From: Azolla caroliniana
Lineage: Eukaryota > Plantae > Polypodiophyta
Reading direction: 5' to 3'
Length of the DNA stretch: 64,000 nucleotides
NCBI GenBank assembly: GCA_043228905.1
Contig: JBHGNT010000022.1
Location: 3,224,001-3,288,000, forward strand
A program made the position numbers and the translations under genes. Positions 50,101 to 62,332 of this stretch are shown here, piece after piece. Below the pieces are notes generated by a model, which made no database searches, was not told the origin of the DNA, and saw only the letters and a program-made list of their open reading frames with translations. Within the stretch, counting starts at the first letter, position 1; each line of letters begins with the position of its first letter.

Positions 50101-51814
50101 GTTCGACTCCTTCATGACCGACGAAGGGTACCTCAAAACGCAGTCCGACCACTGCGTGTTTGTGAAGAAGTTCGAAGGAGGAGACTTTCTAATACTCCTC
50201 CTGTACATGGACGACATGTTGATCGTCGGACGGGACCAGGTCAAGATACGGATGCTGAAGAAGGCTCTTCACCGAACCTTCTCAATGAAGGACCTGGGTC
50301 CGGCGAGGCAAATACTAGGGATGCACATCATCCGGGACCGGAAGAAGAAGCAGTTGTGGCTGTCACAGGAGAAGTACGTGACGAAGGTGCTTCACCGGTT
50401 CAACATGTCGGAAGCAAGACCGGTCGGATCGACCCTCCCGGCAAACTGCAAGCTGTCCAGCAAGCAAAGTCCCAAGACAAAGGCTGAAAAGGAGGATATG
50501 ATGAAAGTGCCGTATGCCTCAGCCGTCGGGAGCTTGATGTACGCCATGGTGTGTACGAGACCGGACATCGGATATGCAGTCGGAGTGGTGAGCCGGTACA
50601 TGAGCAATCCCGGCAAAGAGCATTGGAACGCGGCCAAGTGGATACTCCGATACCTGAAGGGCACGGCAAACGTGTGCCTCCGATTCGGCTCCGGTAAGCC
50701 CGAACTCGACGGCTTCACCGATTCGGATATGTCGGCTGATGCAGATACCAGCCGGTCCACATCAGGGTATGTGATGACGTATGCAGGGGGAGCTGTTTCA
50801 TGGCAGTCGAGGCTGCAGAAGACGGTTGCGCTGTCAACCACGGAGGCGGAGTACATGGCGGCTGTTGAAGCCGGCAAGGAAATAATATGGATGAAGGACT
50901 TCATTAGAGAGCTCGGTATCCGACAGGAGGAGTACCGACTCTACTGCGACAGTCATAGTGCAATCCACCTTGCGAAGAACGCGGCCTATCACTCCCGGAC
51001 GAAGCACATCCAGCGAAGATATCACTGGATCCGGGAAAGGATAGAAGACAAGGAGTTCGTGCTGACAAAGATCCACACGGACGAGAACGGGTCGGATATG
51101 CTGACCAAGGTCCTCACACCCGACAAGCTGGAAGCATGCCGGAAGAGGATCGGATTGGAGAGACATCCCATGCCGAAGTGAAGGGGGAGTTTGTTGGGAT
51201 TACGGTCCCTTCGGATGGGATGGTCGGATATCGGAGATGAATGCCGACAAGCCCGGTTTCGGTTTCGGATCCGGATGACGAAGACCCCGGTTTCGGTACC
51301 GGATGACGAATGTACCCGGAGAGCGATCCGGATGCAGGGACATATCCGTGAATATGTTCGCTATGGGCCCCTGAGGCTACAGTTGTAAATAGCCCAAAGT
51401 CATATAAGTATAAATATGACTTAGGGCAAACAGTTTTGTTGTTGCTTCTCATTTTTCTGTTATTCCACTCAAGAGGAGTGAAGTGTAAGCAGCCGTGAGA
51501 GAGAGAGAGAGAGAGATAGAGCGCGAGAGAGGAAGAGGTAGACGCCTCTGTGTATTTCCGCCGCCTGTGGCGAGGACAGCGAGCTCAAGGTCGTCGCCTT
51601 GCAGCTCGCCATTGTATACTTCTCTGTATAGTGTTGGGTTGGAGTCTTGTACTCCCGTGGTTTTTTCCCGTCTGGGTTTTCCACGTTAATCCCTGTGTAC
51701 TCGCGTTTTTCTTTTTTTTGTTTTTCGTGTGGTTCCTATTTTCTGCTGCATTGATCCGCGATTACTCGGTTGTGGCCGAGTGAAGAAGGTGAATCGAAGC
51801 GTTGATTCTCAACA
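47101..51814 (+). mobile_element. Very young Ty1/copia element (Copia-C) with an internal in-frame deletion
   Basis: 623-bp LTRs at 47101-47723 and 51192-51814 with no difference seen. TSD CAGTC; PBS TGGTATCAGAGC at 47727-47738; PPT AAGGGGGAG. Confidence 0.97.
47753..51181 (+). CDS. Copia gag-pol, open but missing the IN C-terminus and RT N-terminus
   Basis: CFHCGKPGHFRKNC, VDSGAS, HTDVC..ADNGGEY..AER, then YRHLRVF fused directly to KLKPGD; LYMDD; FTDSD. Confidence 0.9.
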   Translation: MEGGGSGQPGMMVLNAQNYADWKIKMEDLLIVRDLYEPIDRSEIPKGVLESEWKLLNRKAVATIRQYVDVSILQHVANDTNAYEMWKKLSGLYERKNALNRTSLMRKIVNLKYRDGESMVEHVRTFMGFVNQLAAIKFPLEDAMQAIILMCTLPESWENLVVTLSTSCTEDNLSLQTVKTSILNEEARRRDKEPASAPKMLFTESDRGRQWNRSPQRREKSGTRSQSRGRPTCFHCGKPGHFRKNCRHYRKDNGTDNTDSKKSPERNGAYRGATDRNGSDRRGQDRKGTTALAASEEEIMLITEEGELNIAGDETTWVVDSGASFHLTPERRYFSSYTAGEHGCVRMGNEGTCRIAGIGDVWLTTPTGCKMLLKNVRHVPEVRLNLISAGRLDDEGYTGSIRNGVMKFSKGSLIVARARKVNTLYLMNAWLCPEELNVAADTAGELWHKRLCHMSEKGMKRLAEDNLIPVKHVHLEKCTDCLAGKQNRTSFHSRPPTRRSAPLELVHTDVCQVETKSHGGAQYFVTFIDDHSRRLWTAPLKTKDQVLCVFKELHARVERESGKKLKAIRADNGGEYRGQFQEYCRSKGIRLEFTVPKTPELNELAERMNRTIMERVRSMLAHAKLPKGFWAEAMSTATYVINRSPSVPLDGDTPQRVWTGREVSYRHLRVFKLKPGDAGNPPRYKARIVVKGFQQKKGVDFDEIFAPVVKMTSIRTVLSIAASMDLEVEQMDVKTAFLHGDLEEEIYMQQPEGFEKEGKEHLVCRLKKSLYGLKQAPRQWYRKFDSFMTDEGYLKTQSDHCVFVKKFEGGDFLILLLYMDDMLIVGRDQVKIRMLKKALHRTFSMKDLGPARQILGMHIIRDRKKKQLWLSQEKYVTKVLHRFNMSEARPVGSTLPANCKLSSKQSPKTKAEKEDMMKVPYASAVGSLMYAMVCTRPDIGYAVGVVSRYMSNPGKEHWNAAKWILRYLKGTANVCLRFGSGKPELDGFTDSDMSADADTSRSTSGYVMTYAGGAVSWQSRLQKTVALSTTEAEYMAAVEAGKEIIWMKDFIRELGIRQEEYRLYCDSHSAIHLAKNAAYHSRTKHIQRRYHWIRERIEDKEFVLTKIHTDENGSDMLTKVLTPDKLEACRKRIGLERHPMPK

Positions 51815-52559
51815 CAGTCTCACAAAACAACATAATGAACATGAAATATTTTCCATCATAGAACAAAATGAACATTATTACCTTGGAGAAACATCATAGA
51901 GTTCCATTACATAATGTGGATCAAACAACAACCAATCTGAGGTTTTACTTGTCCAAATAAACCATAGTAAAACTTCATAAAACCCTAGGAAAATCGCCAA
52001 CAATCATATCCCACAAATAAGTATTTCGCTCCAATTCAAGAGCCCCTTGACTGAGTAACTGGTCTTATCCCCGATCGTGGCCCCTTCTTCAGCCTTTTTC
52101 TAGCCGGTTGCCCATTTAGCCTTGCTTCTTTGACCCATTGCGCAAGTGTGTCCTCCTCCGACAACCTTTCCATCACCTCAACAACGGCTTGCACATCAAC
52201 CGTGTCTTGCACTAGCTTTTCCAGTACAATGGGATCTGTTTGGACATTATCAGTAGTTGGGCTCAGTGGGGTGGAATCAAGGTTTTGGGATTCGAAGAAA
52301 TTTTGCATCAAGTGTTCAAAAACACTATTGTTGTGAACCTCAGATTTACATGTTGTTTCCAATATTTCATGGCTTTTCACATCGTTGCCTAATTTAGTAC
52401 AATCTTCCAAAAGAATAGGGTGGAGCTGATCTGAAGGAGATGTGATAGCATGACTCTTACTTTCAGCCACGTTGGCAGCTATCTCCTCATCGGTTGCAGC
52501 ATCATCAGCACCTGACACTTCATGCGCCCTCCTTAATCCACAAGATTCTACAACAACAT

Positions 52560-52836
52560 GGTCGCTAATTAGCTACTTAACTACATCTTAGCTAACTAGC
52601 TATTCTTCTAGACTATGACAATAGCTAATTAGCTACTTCGCTTAGGTATGGTACTAGCTAATTAGCTACTCTTTGTCAATATGGTAGCAACTAATTAGCT
52701 ATTCTACTAAAGTATGGTAGTAGCTAATTAGCTACTCAGCTAAAGTATGGTACTAGCTAATTAGCCACTATAACCAAAGTATGATAGTAGCTAATTAGCT
52801 ACCACTTAGCTAATTAGCTACTCAGCTAAAGTATGG
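52560..52836. repeat. TAGCTAATTAGCTA palindromic microrepeat array, left part
   Basis: Direct observation. Confidence 0.9.
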
Positions 52837-55800
52837 TGTCGCGAAGTTTCGCGTGCGTGTGTCGCTCGAACAAGACCGTTGGGGCCTTGGACCCGGGAGA
52901 CAAAAGTAGTGAGGAAGTGGGAGATTAAGACAAAGACATGGGGAAATATACAGTAAACAACAATTAGGTTTAATACCACGATTTCGGTGGTTTTCTTTCT
53001 TACATAGAATCAGTTTCATGATTAATAAAAAACGATTATGAATCAAAACGGGTGTTTGTTTTCTTTAGAATTGCTACGCTTTACACCACGATTTTAGTGG
53101 TTTTTACAACGATCAATTATCAAATAATCAAAGCCTAAAATAATCTAGCGAAGGTGAGTCTAGTGGGCTCCAAGCTCGACTACTTCCGACGAAACTCAAA
53201 CCCTAAAATCTCTTGAGTAAGAAGTATAATAGAGGCAAAACTCACAAACCTTAAAATCCTAAGTCCTCTAATATGTTGAGGAGAAAAGAAGAAAAGAAGA
53301 AAGAAGCTCTCAAACACTAACCCTAGAAGGAAAAGATGAAAGAGAAAGGGAGGCTACCAAACCCTAATCCAAGAAGAAGAGGAGAAGATGAAACCCTAGT
53401 GGTACACCCCTACGGCAAAATGGGTGACCCCATAATAAGCCCTATTCCTCCCCTCTTATAGAGGACAGAGGCACCTATATTAACATTACATGCTTTTTCT
53501 TTATTTCCTTTGTAACAAAAAAGGATGGGGAACAAAATACTCCTTGGTTTGCACCAAGAAAGACTTGAACTCTACACCTCTCTCTATATATTTATTAGGC
53601 TTAACCACTAGGATACTATAAATTATCTATTTTATTTTTTTTCATTATACATGACTTTATGAGATGTGTGTGGAACCTCGTTCTTTCTCACACTGAACAC
53701 GCCACACCACAACATCCACCCCCGCCAAACCGCACATCCTCCGGCTTGAACGAAACCGTCAGGGCCTTGGACCGGGGAGACACAAGGGGTGAGGAAGTGG
53801 GAGATTCGCCACCAGGATTAGCAAATATTTAAGGAGAATACGTACGAGGTTAGGAAGAAATGTAGACAAAAATATACAAGAGTTATGTTGCAAAATTTAG
53901 GGTTTGTACAACAGTTAGGTTAGATACCACGATTAAGGTGATTCTTTTACATAGAAATAGTTTCATCATTATTCAAAAACAGCTAATCAACACACAAGGG
54001 GCTGAAAATAATCTGATGAAGGCGAGTCTAGTGGCTCCGAGCTCAACTACTTCTGACGGCTATGTTGCCTCGATTAAGAGTAGCTCTCGTGCCACTACAA
54101 CCTCCCTTCCACAACTGGCCACCGAGTTGACCACCATTGAGATGTTGAAGAAGTCGTCGTATAAGGAACCCAAACCCTAACCCTAACTCACAAGTAGATG
54201 CAAAACTCACAACCCTAAAACTCATAAGAAACAAGAACCCTACACGCTCATAAGGAACATAAAAATCCTAAACCTCGGGTTCTCTAATATGTTGAGGAGA
54301 AAGATAGAAAAGTAGAAAGAAGAAGCTCTCAAACCCCAACCCTACAAGAAAAAGAAGAAGGAAAAAGGCATAAGGAGAAAGGGAGGCTACAAAACCCTAA
54401 CCCAAGAAGAAGAGGAGGAGAAGATGAAACCCTATTAGTACACCACTAAGGCAAAATGGGCGACCCTCAAATAAGCCCTATCCCTCCTTTCTTATAGAGG
54501 AAAGATGAACTTATTTTAACATTACATGCTCTCTCTTTTTTATTTCCTTTATCACAAACATGGAAGGGGAGCAAAATACTCCTTGATTTGTAACAAGAGA
54601 GACTCGAACTCTACACCTCTCTACATATACTTCTAAGTTTTACCCACTAACTTACTACAAGTTACTTATTATAATTATTATTATTTATTTGTTTTATTTA
54701 TACATTATTTCATGAGATGTGCGTGGAACCTCGCTTTTTTCTCACAGTGCACACGCCACACCACGACATCCACCCCCACCAAACTGCACATCCTGTAGCA
54801 TATGCCAAAAAAAAAAGTGATGTGGCGGGGCCAAAGGTTGTCAACCTTTGTTTTTTTGTTTTTTGTTTTTTTCTTCTTCATTGCGCCTTGCCCTCGTGAA
54901 ATCCACCATCGTCTTCGACATCATCTCCATGAAATCTTCTTCGTTTGTGTTCGTCCTCCCCTACCGCTCTTTTACGTCGGGTTCATCACTTAATTATGTC
55001 GTGAAAATCCGCCAGTAAGTGCAGATCATGAGGCGGAACCGCCGGGGTTTTGGACCGGAAGGATTTAGGGCTTAACGCTTAATGCACTTTAAGCTTAAAG
55101 ACGAGAGATTTCCCTCGAATAAGAGTAAATTTGTAGTATAAGAGATCGAATAATAGTTAATTACATTTATGCATAAGCAAATCTTCGAGTAGGAGATTAT
55201 GCGAGATTGAATAATACTTAATTATTCTTATGAGTAAGAAGGCTTAGAGTAAGCAAGCATGAATAACTCTTAATTTTACTTATCCATAAGAAAAGTTTAA
55301 AGAAAGAAATCATGAGAGAAGAAACATGGAAAGCTTTTTATTACTAAATCATCACTATAATGGATCTATTTATTTACATTATTTTTTTTCTATCCCCTTT
55401 TAGGGTATAAGAGAGGAAACATAAATCTTTTCTTCTTCAAATCCCCTCCTTCTTCTTCTTAAAATAAGCTCTTATTTATAGGTTTCGGATTGCTTGCTTC
55501 CTTTCTTTCTTTTTCCCAAAAGTTTCTTTATATGAGTCGAGTTTTCTTTTATCACTATTTCTATTCCGAACGTCAAATCTAACATGCAAGCTACTCTTAG
55601 AAAGCTATTTCTGTTAGCTTTCTTATACATCTTTCCTTTTCTAATTTGGACATTGGACGAGGAAATTACGAGTTTTTTACTCGACCTTGCTCCTCATATC
55701 CACGGCTAGCTTTTCTTTCCTATCTTTTTCTCTATTTTTGTCTACTTTCGAAAACCGCTTCTAACTTTTTATCCTTTCATTTATTACTATAGTTGATTTA

Positions 55801-55879
55801 ACAACATTAGTTTATTTGGACTACTATTTTATTCTCTTTTGAGGGTGGTTTCACACTATGTGTCGAAAACATCACGACA
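52837..55879 (-). mobile_element. Chimeric non-coding Ty3/gypsy-type element with three LTR-like segments
   Basis: LTR-like segments at 52837-53714, about 53755-54768 (diverged paralog) and 54997-55879 (dissimilar). PPT motif at 53715 and 54769; degenerate Trp PBS near 54972-54988. Confidence 0.7.
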
Positions 55880-56760
55880 TAGGTAGTAGGTAATTTAGCT
55901 ACCACTTAGCTAATTAGCTAATGTACTAAACTATGGTAGTAGCTAATTAGCTACCACTTAGCTAACTAGCTACTCAGCTAAAGTATGGTAGTAGCTAATT
56001 AGCTATCACTTAGCTAATTAGCTACTGTACTAAAGTATGGTAGTAGCTAATTAGCTATCACTTAGCTAATTAGCTATTGTACTAAACTATGGTAGTGGTT
56101 AATTAGCTACCACTTAGCTAATTAGCTATTGTACTAAACTATGGTAGTAGCTAATTAGCTACCACTTAGTTAATTAGCTACTTAGCTAAAGTATGGTAGT
56201 AGCTAATTACCTACCACTTAGCTAATTAGCTACTATACTAAACTATGGTAGTAGTTAATTAGCTACCACTTCACTAATTAGCTACTGTACTAAACTATGA
56301 TAGTAGATTATTAGCTATCACTTAAGTTAATTAGCTACTCAGCTAAAGTATGGTATTTGCTACTTAGCTACCACTTAGCTAATTAGCTACTATATTAAAC
56401 TATGGTAGTAGCAAATTAGCTACAACTTAGCTAATTAGCTACTGTATTAAACTATGGTAGTAGGTAATTGGCTACCACTTAGCTAATTAGATACTCAGCT
56501 AAAGTATGGTAGTAGCTAATTAGCTACCACTTAGCTAATTAGTTACTCAACTAAACTATGGTAGTAGCTAATTAGCTACTCAGCTAAAGTATGGTAGTAG
56601 CTAATTAGCTACCACTTACCTAATTAGTTACTCAACTAAACTATGGTAGTAGCTAATTAGCTACTCAGCTAAAGTATGGTAGTAGCTAATTAGCTACCAC
56701 TTAGCTACTTGGTTACTCAACTAAACTATGGTAGTAGCTAATTAGCTACTACACTACAAC
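55880..56760. repeat. Expanded TAGCTAATTAGCTA palindromic minisatellite
   Basis: About 50-bp unit TAAASTATGGTAG-TAGCTAATTAGCTA-CCACT-TAGCTAATTAGCTA-CT repeated many times. Confidence 0.95.
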
Positions 56761-58544
56761 CATAAAAGCTAAATAGTTTCCACACTTTATACGGCTTACC
56801 TAATTAGCAAAGATGTAACTAATTAGCTACACTATGGTCACAAGCAACAATTTTACCTGTTAGTTTTCTCCACTCATCTAGGAGAGTTGTGTTGCAATCC
56901 CCCAAACAGAATGCAGCAATGTGGCAGGCATATTGAAAACAAACGATATGGTATGTGTGCTAGCATGGTTGTAGGTGAACCAACAGAGTAGCAGATTTGT
57001 CCTCTACACGTAATCCACAAGCAATGCAACGTGCTTGAACAGTCAATATATCATTTCCCGGTTCTCCTTCATTTGGTAAGGGAGCAAGAATGTTCAGGTC
57101 CAATTCTTGTAAGCTCCTTACCATCCCCTCCACAAAATGTAGATGCTTCTTAAGGCATCTAACTACCTGTTCTTAACGGGAGTATTGTTCCTTCAACGCA
57201 ACCGAGAAATTTACCAATTAATTATTCCTTAATAAGGATGATACAACAACAAGAAACAAGAATCATTAACTTACTTGTAGCTTGTCCAAATTGTAATCAG
57301 TGACAATATTTACACCTAGAAGGTCCAGGTTCATTGAAAGAACCTAGATCTCTGTCTACAGTTGAATTTTCCATTAGGGATCCAGCGGCCCCTCAATTTC
57401 AAGCTCATCTTGAGCAACTTGCATCGTACAGGTCTGGTCGTACATGCTTGAGCTTGACCTTGTCTTTCACTCTAGGAACTTTATATACTGACATCAAATC
57501 TACATCACTAATCAATCTATCTATTAGAACAGCAGGGTCAATACCCTCGAGCGACAGACCATATATTTTGTGAAAGTCCTCCTTTTTCTCGCAAAATTTT
57601 GCGAATTTGAGCACTCTAGGATAGGGAGGAACGAACCACCTGAAATAGAAAATCAGTAATTAGAATTGGTGCAAAAATAAAATTTTTAATGTGAATTTGG
57701 TGCAAATTTACAACAATTCGAGACAGTAATCTGAAATTTGTAATCTGTCCTTTTCAACATGTATCAGAAATCAACCACTTAAAAAATCAAAAACCCTAAT
57801 CATAATTTGTCATGAGAATTGGTGCAAATTTACAACACATTGCGATAGTAATCAAAAATTTGTAATTAGAAATTTGTAATCTAAAATTTGTAATCAGAAA
57901 CCCTAAACCACTTAAGGAAAACACAAACCCTAGTCATCACTAAAGATAGCAATCAACCGTAATACGAAATTCTGTCAATCAGAAACACACCTACTGCTAC
58001 ACCCCGATCTTCGAGACATCCTTGTTTGGGACTCCAACAACTTCGCCCTATTCAATTTTTGGGAAAGATGAACATGCACCAAACTTACAGACAGTTATCA
58101 CAAAGGGGGAAAAAAAAATTTAATATGTAACTGATACATACCTGGACGAGGATCGAACTGGTCGTGTGTTGTAGCTATGAAGGTGCAATGACGATCTCAG
58201 AGTTTTTGTGTTGCTGCGGGAGCTTCGTCTGCGTTCGCGCTCAGAGAACTCCATCTCTTTAGAGTTAGAACTCGAACTCACGATTATCACGAATTTGATG
58301 ACATTCAAGTCGACCTTAGATGATGGCACTATTCCCCATCTTCCACTACGTTAGAAACCAAAGTTCAAATATTTGAGTATTCTCATAAATTAAATAACAT
58401 GTATTTAACTAATAAAACATAAAATTTCGTAAACCATCCTTATGATTAACCCACAAAAAACTAGCTAAACAAATAGCTAATTAGTTGTGGCCATTTTAGT
58501 AGCTAATTAGCTATAATAGTGTTGTCACTCGCATGATTTTACCC

Positions 58545-60477
58545 TATACTAAACGAAAGAGGATGAGGTGGCCGAGTTGGTTTACGACCCTAGATTAAGG
58601 GCGTGGCTTCAAATCCCACTCTCATCATCGATGTAAAATGAACATGTAGCGTTTCGGTAACGAGTTGATTAGGTAACGTGATAAGTGGACGAGGTGGCCG
58701 ACTTGGTCTAAAGCGCTAGATTAAGGTTCTAGTCTGAAAGGGCGTGGGTTGAAATCCCACACTCATCATAGGTATAAAATGAGCATGCCTCGTTTAGGTG
58801 ACAAATTGATTAGGCAACACGATACGTGGATGAGGTGGGATAGTTGGTCTAAGGCACTAGATTAAGGTTCTAGTCTAAAAGGCCGTTGGTTCAAATCCCC
58901 TCTCATCATCGATGTAAAATGAACATGCGTCATTTTTGGCGACGAGTTGATTAGGCAACACGATAAGTGGACGAGGTGACCGAAGTTGTCTAAGACGCGA
59001 GATTAAGGTTCTAGTCCGAAAGGGCGTGGGTTCAAATTCCACTCTCATCATCGATGTAAAATGAACATGCATCGTTTTCACAACAAGTTGATTAGGCAAC
59101 ACGATAAGTGGATGAGGTGGTCGACTTGGTCTAAGGTGCTAGATTAAGGTTCTAGTCCGAAAGGGCGTGGGTTCATATCCCAATCTCATCATCGATGTTA
59201 AATGAAGATGTGTCGTTTAGGCATCGAGTTGACTAAGCAACCCGATAAGTGGATGAGGTGGCTGGGTTGGTCTAAGGTGTTAGGTTAAGGTTCTAGTTCG
59301 AAAGGGCTTGGGTTCAAATCCCATGCTCATCATCAATCTAAAATGAACATGTAACGTTTAGGTGACGAGTTGATATACTAAACGAAAGTGGATGAGGTGG
59401 CCGAGTTGGTTTATGACCCTAGATTAAGGGTGTGGCTTCAAATCCCACTCTCATCATCGATGTAAAATAAACATGTAACATTTCAGAAACAAGTTGATTA
59501 GGTAACACGATAAGAGGATGAGGTGGCTGAGTTTGTCCAAAGCGCTACATTAAGGTTCTAGACCGAAAGCGCGTGGGTTCAAATCCCACGCTCATCGTTG
59601 ATATAAAATGAACATGCGTCATTTAGGCGATGAGTTGATTAGGCAACACGATAAGTGGATGAGGTGGGCTAGTTGGTCTAAGGCACTAGATTAAGGTTCT
59701 AATCTAAAAGGGCGTGGGTTTAAATCCCGCTCTCATCATCGATGTAAAATGAACATTTGTTGTTTTGGCGACAAGTTGATTAGGCAACACAATAAGTGGA
59801 TGAGATGGCCGAGGTTGTCTAAGGCACTAGATTAAGGTTCTAGTCCGAAAGGGCGTGGGTTCAAATCCCACTCTCATCATCGATGTAAAACGAACATGTG
59901 TCGTTTTGCTGACGAGTTGATTAGGGAACACCATAAGTGGATGAGGTGGCCGAGCTGGTCTAAAGCGCTAGATTAAGGTTCTAGTCCGAAAGGGAGTGGG
60001 TTCAAATCCCACTCTCATCATCGATGTAAAACAAACATGCGTTGTTTTGACGATGAGTTGATTAGGGAACACCATAAGTGGATGAGGTGGTCGAGCTGGT
60101 CTAAAGCGCTAGATTAAGGTTCTAGTCCGAAAGGGAGTGGGTTCAAATCCCATTCTCATCATCGATGTAAAACGAACATGCGTTGTTATGACAACGAATT
60201 GATTAGGGAACACCATAAGTGGATGAGCTGGCCGAGTTGGTCTAAGGCGCTAGATTAAGGTTCTAGTCTGAAAGGGCGTGGTTTCAAATCTCACTCTCAT
60301 CATCGATGTAAAACAAATATGCGTTGTTTTGACGACGAGTTGATTAGGGAATACCATAAGTGGATGAGGTGGCCGAGTGGGTCTAAGGCGCTAGATTAAG
60401 GTTCTAGTCTAAAAGGGCGTGGGTTCAAATCCCACTCTCATCATCAATGTAAAACGAACATGCTTTGTTTTGACAAT
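58545..60477 (+). repeat. Tandem tRNA-Leu(AAG) satellite, about 14 monomers
   Basis: tRNA starts at 59799, 59940, 60081, 60222 and 60363 give an exact 141-bp period. Confidence 0.96.
60363..60443 (+). tRNA. tRNA-Leu(AAG), near-intact copy
   Basis: Four main stems and A/B boxes intact; variable arm altered (TCTAAAAGGG). Confidence 0.6.
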
Positions 60478-60498
60478 GAGAGAGAGAGAGAGAGAGAG

Positions 60499-60535
<37 letters not shown>
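60478..60535. repeat. Compound (GA)n(GT)n microsatellite
   Basis: Direct observation. Confidence 0.95.
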
Positions 60536-60536
<1 letters not shown>

Positions 60537-60654
60537 CACGCAACTACGCTTGTGCATATGTGTTTGTTTTTGACGATTTTGTGCGTGTGGGTGCATGCAA
60601 TTGTGGATTGTGGGCATGTATGTTTTTGTACCGACTAATATATTTTATCTTTGT

Positions 60655-61825
60655 GTTTCCCAACTGTGTATTTCAGCATTCCTTTTATTGTGGATTGACG
60701 ATTCGTTTCTCAACAAACTGGTATCAAAGCTTGAGGTGCAAGCATGGAAGGAGGGGTGAGCAGCTTCCCAGGAATGATAGTTCTAAACTCTCATAACTAT
60801 GCAGACTTGAAGATAAAGATGGAGGATATTCTCATAGTCAAAGACCTGTACGAACCCATCGACAGAGCAGAAATACCCACAGGGGTATTAGAGTTAGAAT
60901 GGAAAGTTCTCAACAGAAAGGTGGTGGCCACCATCCGACAGTGCGTCGATGTAAGTGTCCTTCAGCATGTGGTGAACGACACGAATGCCCACGAGATGTG
61001 GCAGAAACTGTCAGGTCTATATGAGAGGAAACACCCTCAATAAAACCTCATTGATGAGAAAGATTGTATGGCTGAAATACATAGATGGTGAGAGCATCAT
61101 CGAACACATCAGCACATTCATGGGGTATGTGAATCAACTTGATGCAACCAAGTTTCCCCTCGATGATGCCATGCAAGCCATTTTGCTGATGTGCACACTG
61201 TCGGATAGCTGGGAGAACCTAGTGGTTACTCTCAACACCTCATGTCAGAGAAGAGAAATTGTCTTTACAAGCGGTGAGGACAAGCATCTTGAATGAGGAA
61301 GCAAGAAGGAAGGACAAGGGTGCTCTAGTCCAGTCTTAGTAAAATTTGACTCAACACATCGACAGAGGGAGGAACCAGCAAAGAAGTCCACCTAGGAGAG
61401 AAAAGTCTCAAGCTCGGTCAAAGTCCAAAGGTAAACTCGTGTGCTTTTATTGTCGAAAGGTTGGACACTTCCAGAAGGACTGTCGACACATGAGAAAAGA
61501 GAAGGGTGTCAGAGACAATATCGAACCTAGGAAGATTCCTGATGAGAAGAACACTTCGGCCATTGCTACGAGCAATGAAGAACTGTTGTTCATTTGCAAA
61601 TAAACAAGTACAAACCTTGCGAGCGAAGAATGCACTTGGGTGATCGACTCCGGTGCATCCTTCCACATAACTCCGTCGAGAGAGTATTTCTCGACTTACA
61701 AAGTCGGGGATCATGGCTATGTAAAGATGGGTGACAGTGGAGAGTGCAAAATAGCCAGAGTCAGAAGTGTCCACTTGCGATAGGGTGTCGGCTAATTCTG
61801 AAGGATGTTCGACATGTCCAATGAT
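60655..61825 (+). mobile_element. Truncated Ty1/copia fragment (Copia-D): LTR end, PBS, gag and protease
   Basis: TTCTCAACA-AAC-TGGTATCAAAGC at 60707-60730; MEGG..NYADLKIKMED; CFYCRKVGHFQKDC; WVIDSGAS. Confidence 0.88.
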
Positions 61826-61829
61826 AGGG

Positions 61830-62250
61830 TATGAGATGATATCCTAAACAAAAGTGGATGAGGTGGCCGAGCTGGTCTAAAGCGCTAGATTAAGGTTCTA
61901 GTCCGAAAGGGGGTGGGTTCAAATCCCACTCTCATCATCGATGTAAAGTGAACATGCTTCGTTTTGATGACGAGTTGATTAGGCAACACGATAAGTGGAT
62001 GAGGTGGCCGAGATGGTCTAAAGCGCTAGATTAAGGTTCTAGTCCAAAAGGGTGTGGGTTCAAATCCCACTCTCATCATCGATGTAAAACAAACATGCGT
62101 TGTTTTGATGACGAGTTGATTAGGCAACACCATAAGTGGATGAGGTGGCCGAGTTGGTCTAAGGAGCTATATTAAGGTTCTAGTCCGAAAGGGCGTGGGT
62201 TGAAATCCCACTCTCATCATCGATGTAAAACAAACATGCTTTGTTTTTAC

Positions 62251-62253
<3 letters not shown>
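61830..62253 (+). repeat. tRNA-Leu(AAG) satellite, last 3 monomers
   Basis: tRNA starts at 61857, 61998 and 62139. Confidence 0.95.

Positions 62254-62325
<72 letters not shown>
62254..62325. repeat. Compound (GA)n(GT)n microsatellite
   Basis: Direct observation; duplicate of 60478. Confidence 0.95.

Positions 62326-62332
<7 letters not shown>

Larger units (their letters stand above)
45655..58544 (+). mobile_element. Sola2-like DNA transposon copy 2, 5'-truncated, with two nested LTR insertions
   Basis: Homologous to about 22285-26025; terminus ...TCACTCGCATGATTTTACCC; satellite resumes afterwards. Confidence 0.8.

Noticed and set aside
6078-60730. Retroelements primed by the array's tRNA-Leu
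   Set aside because: All PBSs match tRNA-iMet or tRNA-Trp.
6491-62253. Monomers as dispersed tRNA-derived SINEs
   Set aside because: Strict tandem period, no poly-A tails or individual TSDs, and the consensus is a full tRNA with flanks.
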